This document shows positions 1-9,228 of a stretch of DNA of 32,478 nt, piece by piece. The first letter of the stretch is position 1. The number at the start of each line of letters is the position of its first letter. The DNA comes from a bacterium (GTDB lineage Bacteria > Patescibacteriota > Minisyncoccia > Moranbacterales > UBA2206): assembly GCA_021789395.1 (NCBI GenBank), contig JAJYJP010000002.1, forward strand, positions 1 to 32,478. Direction: 5' to 3'. Both the position numbers and the translations under genes were made by a program. The notes beneath the pieces were generated by a model, which was given only the letters and a program-made list of their open reading frames with translations, was not told where the DNA came from and did not search any database.

Positions 1-1084
1 CAGTCGAAAGTTTGGAAACATAAGGATCGTAAATTACGACTTCCGCGCCGCGGTTTTTCAATTCTTCGATTATGATGAGCGCCGGACTTTCGCGCAGATC
101 GCCGACGTTAGCCTTGTAAGAAACACCCAAAACGCCGATTTTGGTTCCTTTGATAGTTTTGCCGACAGTATTCAACAGGTCCTGAAGCAGTTCGACCGTA
201 TAAAACGGCATGTGGTTGTTGATGTTGCGGGCAGTCTGCAGAAATTTATGATCAAAATCGTATTCTTTGCCTTTTTCGATCATGTAGTACGGATCGACCG
301 GAATGCAGTGTCCGCCCACGCCGCAACTTGGCCAATGCGCCATAAAAGCGTACGGCTTGGTTGAAGCGCCTCGAATGACATTGGTCACATCGATTCCGAG
401 CTTGCTGAGCGACATCGCCAATTCGTTAACAAAGGCAATATTGACATCGCGGAAAGAATTTTCCAAAATTTTTACCGCTTCGGCTTCACGGATCGATTCC
501 ATCGGCATGATTTCCGCATCCACGATGCTTTCATAAAATTCTTTGGTCATTTTTAAGCCCTCTTCATCCAAAGACCCGACGACTCTCGGAATGTTTCCCA
601 CGTTCCATTTCGGGTCGCCCGGATTGACGCGTTCCGGACAATGGGAGAGATGGAAATCTTTGCCTACCTGAAATCCGGCTTCTGCAAAAATTGGCAAAAC
701 CACATCTTCACTCACACCTGGATTGACGGTCGACTCTAAAACGACCAAAGCGCCCTTTGGCATATTTTCCGCGACCGTCTTGGACGCGCCAATCACCGGA
801 CCCAGATCCGGCAAATAACTCTCATTGACTGGCGTTGGCACGCAGATGAGATAAATATCCTGGTTCTTTATGTCATTGGTGTTGCTGGTGGATTTTATTT
901 TTATTTCCGGCAACAATTTTTCCAAAAATTCTTCTCTGAAAGGGCTTTTGCCTTCTTTGATCTTTGTCAGTTTAGACTCATCCGTATCGAAACCCGTAAC
1001 TTCGTAACCTTTTTTGGCGCAGACTGCCGCCAGCGGCAGACCGACATAGCCCAGACCTACGACGCAGACTTTTTTATCTTTCAT
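1..1084 (-). CDS. nucleotide-sugar dehydrogenase, UDP-N-acetyl-hexosamine dehydrogenase-like (WecC/TviB/Cap5O family); C-terminus runs off the window
   Basis: Absent from the ORF track because the window edge truncates it. Manual reverse-complement translation from ATG (comp. 1082-1084) gives MKDKKVCVVGLGYVGLPLAAVCAKKGYEV (Rossmann GxGxxG). Comp. 281-340 gives AHWPSCGVGGHCIPVDPYYM (catalytic-Cys GGHCIPVDPYY motif). Confidence 0.85.
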   Translation of the reverse strand, partial: MKDKKVCVVGLGYVGLPLAAVCAKKGYEVTGFDTDESKLTKIKEGKSPFREEFLEKLLPEIKIKSTSNTNDIKNQDIYLICVPTPVNESYLPDLGPVIGASKTVAENMPKGALVVLESTVNPGVSEDVVLPIFAEAGFQVGKDFHLSHCPERVNPGDPKWNVGNIPRVVGSLDEEGLKMTKEFYESIVDAEIMPMESIREAEAVKILENSFRDVNIAFVNELAMSLSKLGIDVTNVIRGASTKPYAFMAHWPSCGVGGHCIPVDPYYMIEKGKEYDFDHKFLQTARNINNHMPFYTVELLQDLLNTVGKTIKGTKIGVLGVSYKANVGDLRESPALIIIEELKNRGAEVVIYDPYVSKLST

Positions 1085-1119
1085 GTTTTTTCTTATTTAA
1101 GTTTTATGATTCGTTTGTA

Positions 1120-1125
1120 ATTATA
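1120..1125 (-). promoter_or_regulatory. -10 box (TATAAT on minus strand) for the dehydrogenase gene, about 35-nt leader
   Basis: attata at 1120-1125 is TATAAT on the minus strand, back to back with the plus-strand TATAAT at 1156-1161 in an 83-nt divergent gap. Confidence 0.4.
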
Positions 1126-1155
1126 GGTTAGTTTTTATTTTCTTTCAAATTAAGC

Positions 1156-1161
1156 TATAAT
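1156..1161 (+). promoter_or_regulatory. -10 box TATAAT exactly 6 nt upstream of the ATG at 1168 (leaderless-type promoter)
   Basis: gcTATAATggcgatATG. No convincing -35 and no SD. Confidence 0.45.
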
Positions 1162-1167
1162 GGCGAT

Positions 1168-2334
1168 ATGCGTATCGGAATCAATGCCTCATTTGTCCGT
1201 AAACCGAACACCGGCATCGGACAAGTGACGATTAACTTTCTTAAAGAACTGGCCAAGCAAAAAACCGACCATGATTTTATCTTGTATCTCGAAGAGGATT
1301 TGCCCAAAAATTTCGACCTTCCCGACAACTTCCGGAAACGTTTTTTCTTGCCGGCATATCGGCGCGACGACCTAATCCGGAAAATTTGGTGGGAAAAATA
1401 CCTGCTGCCCAAAAAAATACGCGATGATGATTGCGATATATTCATCAGCCTGTATCAGTCCGCGACTATTGTTGATGAACCGGCCTGGCACATCATGATC
1501 GTCCACGATATCATTCCAAAACTTTTTCCGGAATACCTCAACAACCTGAGAAAAAAAATTTATTGGCAGCTGACAGAAGATGCAATCAAGAATGCTGACA
1601 AGATCGTTGCCGTTTCCAAACGGACGGAAAAAGATCTCATTCAGCATCTCGGTTTGGACGGCGAAAGAATAACGATAAGCTATAATGATGTCGACGAAAT
1701 TTATAAGAGAGAAATTTCTCCCGAGAAAGAACAGGAAGTTTTGCAAAAATATAAACTTAAACCAGGCTATATCTACAACGGCGGGGGGCTGGAAGTCCGC
1801 AAAAATACCGAGGGCCTCATCCGGGCATACAAGTTTCTTCTGGAAAAAAATAAGAATGAATGTTTCGTGCATGAATTGCCCAAGCTGGCCATTTCCGGAA
1901 AACTGCTGCCGCAACTGGCGCCCCTGGCAACCGATGTGGAAAAATTAGTTAAAGAATTGAACCTGACCCAGCACGTTCTGCTTTTGGATTTTGTTCCGCA
2001 GGAAGATTTGCCGGCGCTCTATAAAAACGCGGTCGTGTTTATCTATCCATCTTTCTACGAGGGCTTCGGCCTTCCGGTTCTGGAAGCAATGAATGTCGGA
2101 ACGCCTGCCATAACTTCCAAAGTTTCTTCTTTGCCGGAAGTCGGAGGAGATGGTGTCCTATATTGTGATCCTGACGACATCAAAGATATGGCCATGGTGA
2201 TGAAAAACGTTTTATTGAATAAAGATCTGCGTAAAACTCTCGCGCACAGAGGCAAGGAGCGCGCCAAAAACTTTAACTGGGATAAATTCGTCAAAAAGAT
2301 TCTCAATTTAATCCAAAATGAAACCACTGCTTAA
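1168..2334 (+). CDS. glycosyltransferase family 4 (GT-B, Glycos_transf_1)
   Basis: 388-aa ORF. C-terminal FIYPSFYEGFGLPVLEAMNVGTPAITS...LPEVGGDG is the classic GT4 EX7E region. Confidence 0.9.
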   Translation: MRIGINASFVRKPNTGIGQVTINFLKELAKQKTDHDFILYLEEDLPKNFDLPDNFRKRFFLPAYRRDDLIRKIWWEKYLLPKKIRDDDCDIFISLYQSATIVDEPAWHIMIVHDIIPKLFPEYLNNLRKKIYWQLTEDAIKNADKIVAVSKRTEKDLIQHLGLDGERITISYNDVDEIYKREISPEKEQEVLQKYKLKPGYIYNGGGLEVRKNTEGLIRAYKFLLEKNKNECFVHELPKLAISGKLLPQLAPLATDVEKLVKELNLTQHVLLLDFVPQEDLPALYKNAVVFIYPSFYEGFGLPVLEAMNVGTPAITSKVSSLPEVGGDGVLYCDPDDIKDMAMVMKNVLLNKDLRKTLAHRGKERAKNFNWDKFVKKILNLIQNETTA

Positions 2335-3943
2335 AAATTTTTTCCAAAAATTCAAAGGGACATATGCGTATCTGTTGTTGGCCAATATCTTTCTAGTTGC
2401 TTTGCTGATCCTCCTTTCCAATTTGAACATTTTGCCGATCCCTGATTTCGGCGATTTTATTTTTTTCCTGATTATCGGCCTGGCTTTTGCCCTGTACCGT
2501 CCCGGTTGGAGCTTTTTGTTTTTTATCGGAACAACCGCGCTGGAAAATATCAACATCGCTCCCAAAGAGCTGGGAATCGCGGTGCGTCCGTACCAATTTT
2601 TCGGTGCGCTGACGCTTCTGGCAGTTCTGATAAAACTGCCGTCGAAAAAAATAAACTTTAAACTGCCGAGATTTGGTTGGAACGACCTTTTCGTCGCCAT
2701 CTTCATAATTGCCGGATTTTTCAGCGCCCTGGGTTCTTCGATCAACAAAACAGCCAGTCTGAAACTTTCCGTCATCGCCCTTTCATTCGCCGCCCTATAC
2801 TTCCTTGCCAGGATCTTTATCCAGAATTTCGAGGATCTTAAAAAAATCATTCCGATTTTCCTAAGCTCTTCGCTGGTCGTCCTGATCTACGGGATCTGGC
2901 AAAATATCCGTTTTGCCGAAGGATTTTATTCTTTCGAAGTCATGCCCGGGCGTCCCAACGCGACATTTACCGAAGCCGACTGGTACGGAATCTTCTTGGC
3001 ATTTCTGTTGGCTATTATTTATTCGTTGATATACTTTTTTAACATGGAGAGTGAGAAAGTCAGCCCCAAAATTCCAAATTTCAAATTTAAAATTTCAAAT
3101 CTGATCCAAAATTCGAATTTCGAAATTCAATTTTTTTTCTTGCATATTCTACTCATAATTTCATACATTTCTTTGATCTTGACCGTTTCCCGTTCCGCTT
3201 GGCTCGGTGCGTTTGCCATAACTTTTATTTTCTTGCTTATAATTCTCACCGATTTGAAATTTGATTTGAAAAAATGGGATTGGAAATATTTTTGGCAGAC
3301 ACTCAGAAATCTTGCGATTGCGGGAATTTTAAGCTTCGGCATAATTTACCTGTTCAACTTGACGACCTTCCAACTTGGGAACCGAGTTCAAAGCACAGCT
3401 TCCGGTTTGCAGCAAATCACAGTTGCTTGCAAAACCGATATTGCGCTGCCGCAAAAAATAGGCGATGTCTCACAATTGGCGCCGTATGGTTGCCAGCACA
3501 TAAATTTGCAGGACATCGCCAAAGATGAAACACAAGGACTTTTCGTTAAAGAAATATATCGCATTGATCCCAATGTCAACATCCGCAGCGTGATTTATCA
3601 AAGGTCCTGGCAGGAAATAAAAACTCATCCGGTCCTGGGAATCGGCTGGGGAAATATCAGCAAAATTCTCGGCAAAGACGAGCATGGCAACGGCCTTAAT
3701 TCCAGCAATATCTTTTTAGAAACCTGGTTAGGCGCAGGCATCCTGGGACTCATCGCTCTTGTTTTGTTCATTTTTTACATCATTATCGAAACAATCAAAC
3801 ATTTCCGGAAAAATGATGGCAAAGAAAAATCCGCCGGTTTATTTTTTCTGCTGGGAATCCTTGCCTTGATAATCCCCAACTTTTTCAACGCCGGAATTTT
3901 TTTGGCGATCCTTTGGGCATTTTTCGGAATAACTACTATATAA
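2318..3943 (+). CDS. O-antigen ligase/polymerase-like polytopic membrane protein (Wzy_C domain)
   Basis: 541-aa ORF with many hydrophobic helices. It contains SRSAWLGAFAITFIF, HPVLGIGWGN and SSNIFLETWLGAGILG motifs typical of the O-antigen ligase family. It overlaps the upstream GT4 by 17 nt. Confidence 0.8.
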   Translation: MKPLLKNFFQKFKGTYAYLLLANIFLVALLILLSNLNILPIPDFGDFIFFLIIGLAFALYRPGWSFLFFIGTTALENINIAPKELGIAVRPYQFFGALTLLAVLIKLPSKKINFKLPRFGWNDLFVAIFIIAGFFSALGSSINKTASLKLSVIALSFAALYFLARIFIQNFEDLKKIIPIFLSSSLVVLIYGIWQNIRFAEGFYSFEVMPGRPNATFTEADWYGIFLAFLLAIIYSLIYFFNMESEKVSPKIPNFKFKISNLIQNSNFEIQFFFLHILLIISYISLILTVSRSAWLGAFAITFIFLLIILTDLKFDLKKWDWKYFWQTLRNLAIAGILSFGIIYLFNLTTFQLGNRVQSTASGLQQITVACKTDIALPQKIGDVSQLAPYGCQHINLQDIAKDETQGLFVKEIYRIDPNVNIRSVIYQRSWQEIKTHPVLGIGWGNISKILGKDEHGNGLNSSNIFLETWLGAGILGLIALVLFIFYIIIETIKHFRKNDGKEKSAGLFFLLGILALIIPNFFNAGIFLAILWAFFGITTI

Positions 3944-3950
3944 ATTAATT

Positions 3951-5087
3951 ATGAAGATTGGAATCGACATCAGGAATATCGGAAAAAAACGGACAGGGGA
4001 CGAGGTCGTATTTTTTAATATTGTAAAGCATCTGGCTCTCTTGGACAGCACGGAGAATTACATTTTATTTACCGACATCTCCGATCAAAAAATTCTTACA
4101 GAAATCAAAGAGGCGTTAGGAATTACTAACAAACCTAATTTTCAAATCGTATCCTTGAAAGCGCGCAATAAGTTCGACTGGAACCTGCGCGTATTGCCGG
4201 CTTATTTGCGGAAAAATCCCGTCGATATCTACCAAACGCAATACATAACGCCGCTTTTTGTTCCAAGAAAAATCAAAATCGCAACTATTGTTCACGACAT
4301 ATCGTTTACTAAATATCCGCAATTCATCAAATGGTCGGATTTGTTTTTTCTAAAATTATTCATTCCATTGAGCTTGAGAAGAGCAAACAAGATTATCGGG
4401 GTATCGGAATTTACCCGCGATGAAATTATCAACTACTACAAGATCGATCCTGAAAAAATTGATTTTATCCATAATGCCGTCGGAGATAACTTTCTAAAAG
4501 AATCGTCCAAAGAAGAGCTGGAAGCAGTCAGGAAAAAATACGCTCTGCCGCCAAAGTTCATTTTATACATCGGCACATTGCAACCGAGAAAAAATTTGCC
4601 GACACTGATAGAGGCCTATGCCGAAGCGATTAAAAATAAAGATGAGATAAAATTAGTTTTGGCTGGCGGAAAAGGACACAATTTCGATCCGAAGATCGAC
4701 AACACGATTGAAAAATATGATTTGAAAAACGACGTGCTCTTGCCGGGCTATATCGACGAAAAAGACAAGTCGGCCATTTTTCACCTCGCCCATGTTTTCT
4801 GCTTTCCGTCCTTCTATGAAGGTTTTGGCATTCCAGTTTTGGAAGCGATGACACTAGGCGTTCCCGTGTTAGCCTCGAATATCCCGCCGCACGAAGAAGT
4901 CGCCGCCGGATCAGCCTTGTTGTTCGATGTCCGAAACAATAGAGATATGGAAAAAAAGCTGGCACAGCTGTGTACTGACGATAATTTGCGCAAAGATCTT
5001 TCTGAAAAAGAAAAACGACAAGCGCAGAATTTTTCCTGGAGCAAAACTGCAAAAAAAATTCTCAATATTTACAAAAACCTCGAATAA
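3951..5087 (+). CDS. glycosyltransferase family 4
   Basis: 378-aa ORF. FCFPSFYEGFGIPVLEAMTLGVPVLASNIPPHEEV motif; paralogous to 1168-2334. Confidence 0.9.
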   Translation: MKIGIDIRNIGKKRTGDEVVFFNIVKHLALLDSTENYILFTDISDQKILTEIKEALGITNKPNFQIVSLKARNKFDWNLRVLPAYLRKNPVDIYQTQYITPLFVPRKIKIATIVHDISFTKYPQFIKWSDLFFLKLFIPLSLRRANKIIGVSEFTRDEIINYYKIDPEKIDFIHNAVGDNFLKESSKEELEAVRKKYALPPKFILYIGTLQPRKNLPTLIEAYAEAIKNKDEIKLVLAGGKGHNFDPKIDNTIEKYDLKNDVLLPGYIDEKDKSAIFHLAHVFCFPSFYEGFGIPVLEAMTLGVPVLASNIPPHEEVAAGSALLFDVRNNRDMEKKLAQLCTDDNLRKDLSEKEKRQAQNFSWSKTAKKILNIYKNLE

Positions 5088-5107
5088 TGGCGTTGCATTG
5101 CGTGAAA

Positions 5108-5136
5108 TTGACCGTACGCGATAAAATTAGTACAAT
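5108..5136 (+). promoter_or_regulatory. sigma70-type promoter TTGACC-17-TACAAT upstream of the LCP gene
   Basis: TTGACC at 5108-5113, a 17-nt spacer, TACAAT at 5131-5136. The ATG at 5169 gives a leader of about 26 nt. Confidence 0.55.
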
Positions 5137-5168
5137 GATTAAAGTTTATAAAAAATAAAATTAAACCG

Positions 5169-6491
5169 ATGAATTTAGTTAATAGGGGAAACGGCAAAGA
5201 AAAAAAGGCCGTCAAATTTTATAAGAAAAAATGGGTCATTGCTGTCAGCAGTATCATCATTCTGATTTTAATCATTGTGGGAGTGATTGCCTGGAAGACC
5301 GGCTCAATTCTGAGCAAGATGTCAGTCAATGGAGGCAGTTTATTTTCCAACCTGTCCCATTCCTTGCCGGGAGCAAATAACCAGCTCAAGGGTGAAGCCG
5401 ACGGACGAATCAATGTTTTAGTTCTAGGAATGCGCGGCGCGGACGATCCAAACGGAGGAACGCTTTCTGACAGCGAAGAAGTTGTCAGTATCGAACCAAA
5501 AGCAGATAAAGTTTCCATGATTTCCATTCCGCGCGATCTTTATGTCGACAACCCGGTAACCGGCACCAAGACGAAATTAAACGATGTTTATGCTGCCGGA
5601 GAACAAAAAGGCACCGGACAGGGAATAAAGTATGCCGAACAAGAGTTCAGTGAAATTACCGGCCAGACAATCGATTATACAGTGGTCGTCAATTATACCG
5701 CTTTCACCGACTTATTAAACGAAATCGGGGGAGTGACAGTAACTTTGGACAAACCGTTTGAAGAATCAGTCCAATTCAACCAGCCACACGTGTGTGATTC
5801 TTTCTTTAATGTCCCCACCGGACAATGGGAAAATAAAATCGTCAAGCACCACGTCCGCGGAGTTGAAGTTTCAAGAAAAGTTCCGATGTATCCGCTCTGT
5901 ACCGCACCGAAAGATACTGAGGAGTGTGGAGGTGATTTTAAATTACCAGCCGGAACTCAGACGCTTAATGCAGCACAGGCTCTTTGTTACGCTCGCGCCC
6001 GCGAAACTTCCGATGACTTTGCCCGTTCCGCGCGCCAGCAACAAATCATCAAAGCGGTCGAGAGCAAACTCTTGAGCGCCGGAACCCTGACGAATTTTTC
6101 CAAATTGAACAGTATCCTAGACAGTCTCGGCAACAATGTCCAGACCGATCTGCAACCTTGGGAAATGAAACGACTGTTTGAAATATACACTCAGATGAAA
6201 AATTTCACCCTCTACCAACGAGTGCTCGACACCAGCAACGATCCCGAGGTAGGATTGCTTGTCGGAAAATCTGATCCAGTCGCTGGAGACATCCTACTTC
6301 CGAAGAGCGGCAATTATGATCAGATCCAAAATTTATTCAAAAACATCTTCAATCTCTCGCCCAAGGAAGCCAACGCTCCATCAGACACGGTTGTAAATCC
6401 TGCGTCAGCCACAAGTTCAAGTTCGACAACCGCAACTGCCGCACAGCAATCTTCCAGCACCCAAGCGCAAACAACCAACTCAGCGCAATAA
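5169..6491 (+). CDS. LytR-CpsA-Psr (LCP) family glycopolymer-to-peptidoglycan ligase, N-terminal TM anchor, S/T/Q-rich C-terminal tail
   Basis: 440-aa ORF. INVLVLGMRG...SDSEEVVSIEP...MISIPRDLYV...KLNDVYAAG matches the LCP core. TM helix WVIAVSSIIILILIIVGVIAW. Tail is ASATSSSSTTATAAQQSSSTQAQTTNSAQ. Confidence 0.85.
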   Translation: MNLVNRGNGKEKKAVKFYKKKWVIAVSSIIILILIIVGVIAWKTGSILSKMSVNGGSLFSNLSHSLPGANNQLKGEADGRINVLVLGMRGADDPNGGTLSDSEEVVSIEPKADKVSMISIPRDLYVDNPVTGTKTKLNDVYAAGEQKGTGQGIKYAEQEFSEITGQTIDYTVVVNYTAFTDLLNEIGGVTVTLDKPFEESVQFNQPHVCDSFFNVPTGQWENKIVKHHVRGVEVSRKVPMYPLCTAPKDTEECGGDFKLPAGTQTLNAAQALCYARARETSDDFARSARQQQIIKAVESKLLSAGTLTNFSKLNSILDSLGNNVQTDLQPWEMKRLFEIYTQMKNFTLYQRVLDTSNDPEVGLLVGKSDPVAGDILLPKSGNYDQIQNLFKNIFNLSPKEANAPSDTVVNPASATSSSSTTATAAQQSSSTQAQTTNSAQ

Positions 6492-6582
6492 AAAAATTAT
6501 GACTGTGGATGGAAAATAAAAGGAAACGGTGGGCAATTCTATTTTATGCTTACCGCTTCCTGATAATTGGCCGGAATTCTTT

Positions 6583-7392
6583 ATGAAGCTTTCAATCATC
6601 ATTACAAGCTACAAAAATCCCGATCTGCTCAGGGTTTGCATCGATTCCGTAAAAAATAATTATACCGGGACCGATTATGAAATCCTTGTGGCCGACAGCG
6701 CGACCGAAGAAAAAACCGAACTGATGATGAAGGAGGATTATCCGGAAATAAAATTTTTTCCTTTCCAAGAAAACGTCGGTTTTCAACACCTGATCAAAAA
6801 AGCATATGGAGAAAGCGAGGGCGAGTTCATTTTGATTTTGAACGGCGACATCATTGCAAAAAAAGATTCGATCGAAAATCTGCTAAATTACATCGAAAAA
6901 AATCCTCAGGTCGGAATTGTCGGGCCTCAGCTTCTAAATTTCAATGAAACTCTGCAGTATTCCTGTTTCCGTTTCTATACTCCGCTAACAATAATTTACC
7001 GGCGCACCTTTTTAGGAAAATTTGCATTCGCCAAAAAAAACGTCGATAAATTTTTAATGAAAAATTTCGACCACGCGACAAAAAAGGAAGTTGATTGGCT
7101 GATGGGATCCGCATTGATGACTTCGCACAAAGCCGTTGAAAAAGTAGGACTGATGGATGGTCGATTTAAGATGTACATGGAGGATACCGATTGGTGTCGA
7201 AGATTTTGGGAAAACGGCTATAAGGTTGTATATTTTCCCAATTCTCAAATGTACCATTATCACGGACGCGGCTCGGCCGGGAAAGGCGCTCTCAAACTTC
7301 TTTTGTCAAACCGACTGACCTGGATCCATATTTCAAGCGCTATAAAATATTTTATAAAATATGCAGGAAAACAACTCCCCACACACAACTAA
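6583..7392 (+). CDS. glycosyltransferase family 2
   Basis: The ORF track starts at a GTG (6529). I prefer ATG 6583 because MKLSIIITSYKNPDLL is the canonical GT2 N-terminus. Also contains ILVADSATEE and DTDWCRRFWENGYKVVYFP. Confidence 0.85.
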   Translation: MKLSIIITSYKNPDLLRVCIDSVKNNYTGTDYEILVADSATEEKTELMMKEDYPEIKFFPFQENVGFQHLIKKAYGESEGEFILILNGDIIAKKDSIENLLNYIEKNPQVGIVGPQLLNFNETLQYSCFRFYTPLTIIYRRTFLGKFAFAKKNVDKFLMKNFDHATKKEVDWLMGSALMTSHKAVEKVGLMDGRFKMYMEDTDWCRRFWENGYKVVYFPNSQMYHYHGRGSAGKGALKLLLSNRLTWIHISSAIKYFIKYAGKQLPTHN

Positions 7393-8668
7393 TGACGACA
7401 AGATAAAAATTGTCGGCAACAAAAAACACCGGAAGATTTTCAAAAGTTATTTTTTTGTTTTTATCGCAATTATTTTGATTGTGGGAAGTTTTTGGCTCGG
7501 TTATAGCCGCGGAAAAAATTCTGTAGCGGATCAATCGCAAAGCTATCCGCTTTTAGAAACCACGGTAAAAAATCAAACTCCGCAAAATTCCCAAGATAAA
7601 ACTGTCGATTTTTCTCTTTTTTGGAACGTTTGGGACTTACTCAAGCAAAAATACGTCGACCGTAATTCGCTGGATGCACAAAAATTAGTTTACGGGGCCA
7701 TTCAAGGGATGTTGAGCGCTACCGGCGACCCCTACACGACTTTTTTTGATCCGCAGCAAACCCAAGCTTTCTCGCAAGATATCGGCGGAAGTTTCGAAGG
7801 TATCGGGGCGGAGTTGGGCGTAAAAAACGGAACACTGACCGTCGTTGCGCCTCTCGCAGGCTCTCCGGCACAAAAAGCGGGACTCAAGTCGGGCGATGAA
7901 ATTGTTAAGATCAATGACCAATCCACCTCAAATATGACCATCGATCAGGCAGTCAACATGATCCGCGGACAAAAAGGAAGCTCGGTAAAATTAACCGTAC
8001 TCCGTCAGGGCGATAAAGCCACGACCGACATCAACATCGTTCGGGACGTCATCGATGTTAAAACAGTCAACCTGCAGTTTAAAAACGACGGTATCGCTTA
8101 TGTCAGTATAAATCAATTCGGGGATAAGACCGCCTCCGAATTTGATGCGGCTATGAATCAGATAATTTCCCGGGGATCCAAAGGCATTATTTTAGATCTC
8201 CGTGATAATCCGGGCGGCCTTCTGGACCAAGCCGTAGATGTCGCCAGCCGCTTGATTCCGCAAGGGAAAGTAGTGGTCACCGAACAAGACAGCAACGGGC
8301 AAAAAACCAACTTATACACAACCGGCGGCGATAAATTAAGCTCTCTCCCGATCGTCGTTCTGATCAATCAAGGCAGTGCCAGCGCCTCGGAAATTTTGGC
8401 CGGAGCCCTTCGTGATGACCGAGGAGTGCAATTGATCGGAAACACGTCTTTCGGAAAAGGTTCGGTCCAGGAGCTCATGGATCTTCCCGGCAACACCAGT
8501 GTCAAAATCACAGTGGCCAAATGGCTGACGCCTAATGGCGACTACATCATGGACAAAGGCATCACTCCCAGCGTCAAAGTTGACTTGACCCAGAATGACA
8601 TCAACAATAATCGCGATCCGCAGCTGGACAAAGCCATGAAAATACTTCAAGCCGAGATTTCTAAATAA
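7361..8668 (+). CDS. S41 family carboxy-terminal processing peptidase with PDZ domain, N-terminal TM anchor
   Basis: 435-aa ORF. PDZ segment GIGAELG...VVAPLAGSPAQKAGLKSGDEIVKIND; S41 motifs ILDLRDNPGGLL, GSASASEILAGAL, FGKGSVQ. It overlaps the GT2 gene by 32 nt. Confidence 0.9.
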   Translation: MQENNSPHTTNDDKIKIVGNKKHRKIFKSYFFVFIAIILIVGSFWLGYSRGKNSVADQSQSYPLLETTVKNQTPQNSQDKTVDFSLFWNVWDLLKQKYVDRNSLDAQKLVYGAIQGMLSATGDPYTTFFDPQQTQAFSQDIGGSFEGIGAELGVKNGTLTVVAPLAGSPAQKAGLKSGDEIVKINDQSTSNMTIDQAVNMIRGQKGSSVKLTVLRQGDKATTDINIVRDVIDVKTVNLQFKNDGIAYVSINQFGDKTASEFDAAMNQIISRGSKGIILDLRDNPGGLLDQAVDVASRLIPQGKVVVTEQDSNGQKTNLYTTGGDKLSSLPIVVLINQGSASASEILAGALRDDRGVQLIGNTSFGKGSVQELMDLPGNTSVKITVAKWLTPNGDYIMDKGITPSVKVDLTQNDINNNRDPQLDKAMKILQAEISK

Positions 8669-8671
8669 TAT

Positions 8672-8700
8672 TTGCCAGACTTCCAGGTTTCGGCTATAAT
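8672..8700 (+). promoter_or_regulatory. promoter TTGCCA-17-TATAAT, -10 ends 7 nt before the rplI ATG (leaderless-type)
   Basis: TTGCCA at 8672-8677, 17-nt spacer, TATAAT at 8695-8700, ATG at 8708. The TTG that the ORF track uses as a start is the -35 element. Confidence 0.6.
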
Positions 8701-8707
8701 GGACAAT

Positions 8708-9148
8708 ATGAAAATTATTTTGCTTCAAGATTTTAAAAAGATAGGAAAAAAAGGCGACATCAAAGAAGTGTCGGACGGATTTGCCAGGAATTTTTTGTTT
8801 CCTAAAAAAATAGCAGAGATAGCTACGGAAATGTCGGTCAGAAAAGCCGAGACCCTGAAGCAAAAACACGCGCAAGAAGAACAGGCAGACCTGGAAAAAT
8901 TCCAGCGGCTCGCAGGACAACTGGAGGGAAAAGATATTATCATCCAGGCCAAGGAAAAAGAAGGGAAACTTTTTGGCGCAATCCATGCCAAGGACATATC
9001 CAAGGAGTTGAAAAAAGAAAATTTGGTCGTTCCGGAAAAATGCATAGTTCTGAAAAGTCCGATCAAAGAGCTCGGGGAATATGATATAAAAATAGAACTC
9101 GAACACGGAATCGAAGCGGCCATCAAGATCATTGTTGAAAAAGCCTAA
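8708..9148 (+). CDS. rplI: 50S ribosomal protein L9
   Basis: MKIILLQDFKKIGKKGDIKEVSDGFARNFLFPKKIA is the conserved L9 N-terminal domain. Start moved to ATG 8708. Confidence 0.92.
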   Translation: MKIILLQDFKKIGKKGDIKEVSDGFARNFLFPKKIAEIATEMSVRKAETLKQKHAQEEQADLEKFQRLAGQLEGKDIIIQAKEKEGKLFGAIHAKDISKELKKENLVVPEKCIVLKSPIKELGEYDIKIELEHGIEAAIKIIVEKA

Positions 9149-9172
9149 TTGTTTTCATTGAAAAATTTTTTG

Positions 9173-9197
9173 AAGTCGCAGGGGAAGCGACTTTTTG
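9173..9197 (+). terminator. intrinsic terminator after rplI
   Basis: AAGTCGC (9173-9179) pairs with GCGACTT (9187-9193), 7-nt loop, followed by TTTT. Confidence 0.65.
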
Positions 9198-9228
9198 TCT
9201 TGTAAGTAATAAAAAATAATTTTTAAAT

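Noticed and set aside
1372-2850. Two 180-aa antisense ORFs (1372-1914 and 2308-2850) and a similar 166-aa one at 11948-12448
   Set aside because: They lie opposite well-supported genes (GT4, O-antigen-ligase-like, pyrH) and have no motifs. They are typical stop-poor antisense frames.
6529-6582. GTG start with an upstream AAGGA (6519-6523) for the GT2 gene, as in the ORF track
   Set aside because: It has an SD-like context. However, the extra 18 residues (MGNSILCLPLPDNWPEFF) precede a canonical GT2 N-terminus (MKLSIIITSYKN), and SD use is rare here. I kept ATG 6583, though the longer form cannot be excluded without homologues.
8336-9106. 256-aa minus-strand ORF antisense to the end of the S41 protease gene and most of rplI
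   Set aside because: Both sense genes are unambiguous (S41 motifs, L9 N-terminal domain). The antisense ORF crosses the rplI promoter and has F/L-rich nonsense composition.
9149-9228. Possible pyrG attenuator (CTP-sensing leader as in Bacillus)
   Set aside because: The only hairpin (9173-9193) sits directly after the rplI stop and is most simply the rplI terminator. I saw no G-run start or alternative antiterminator pairing.
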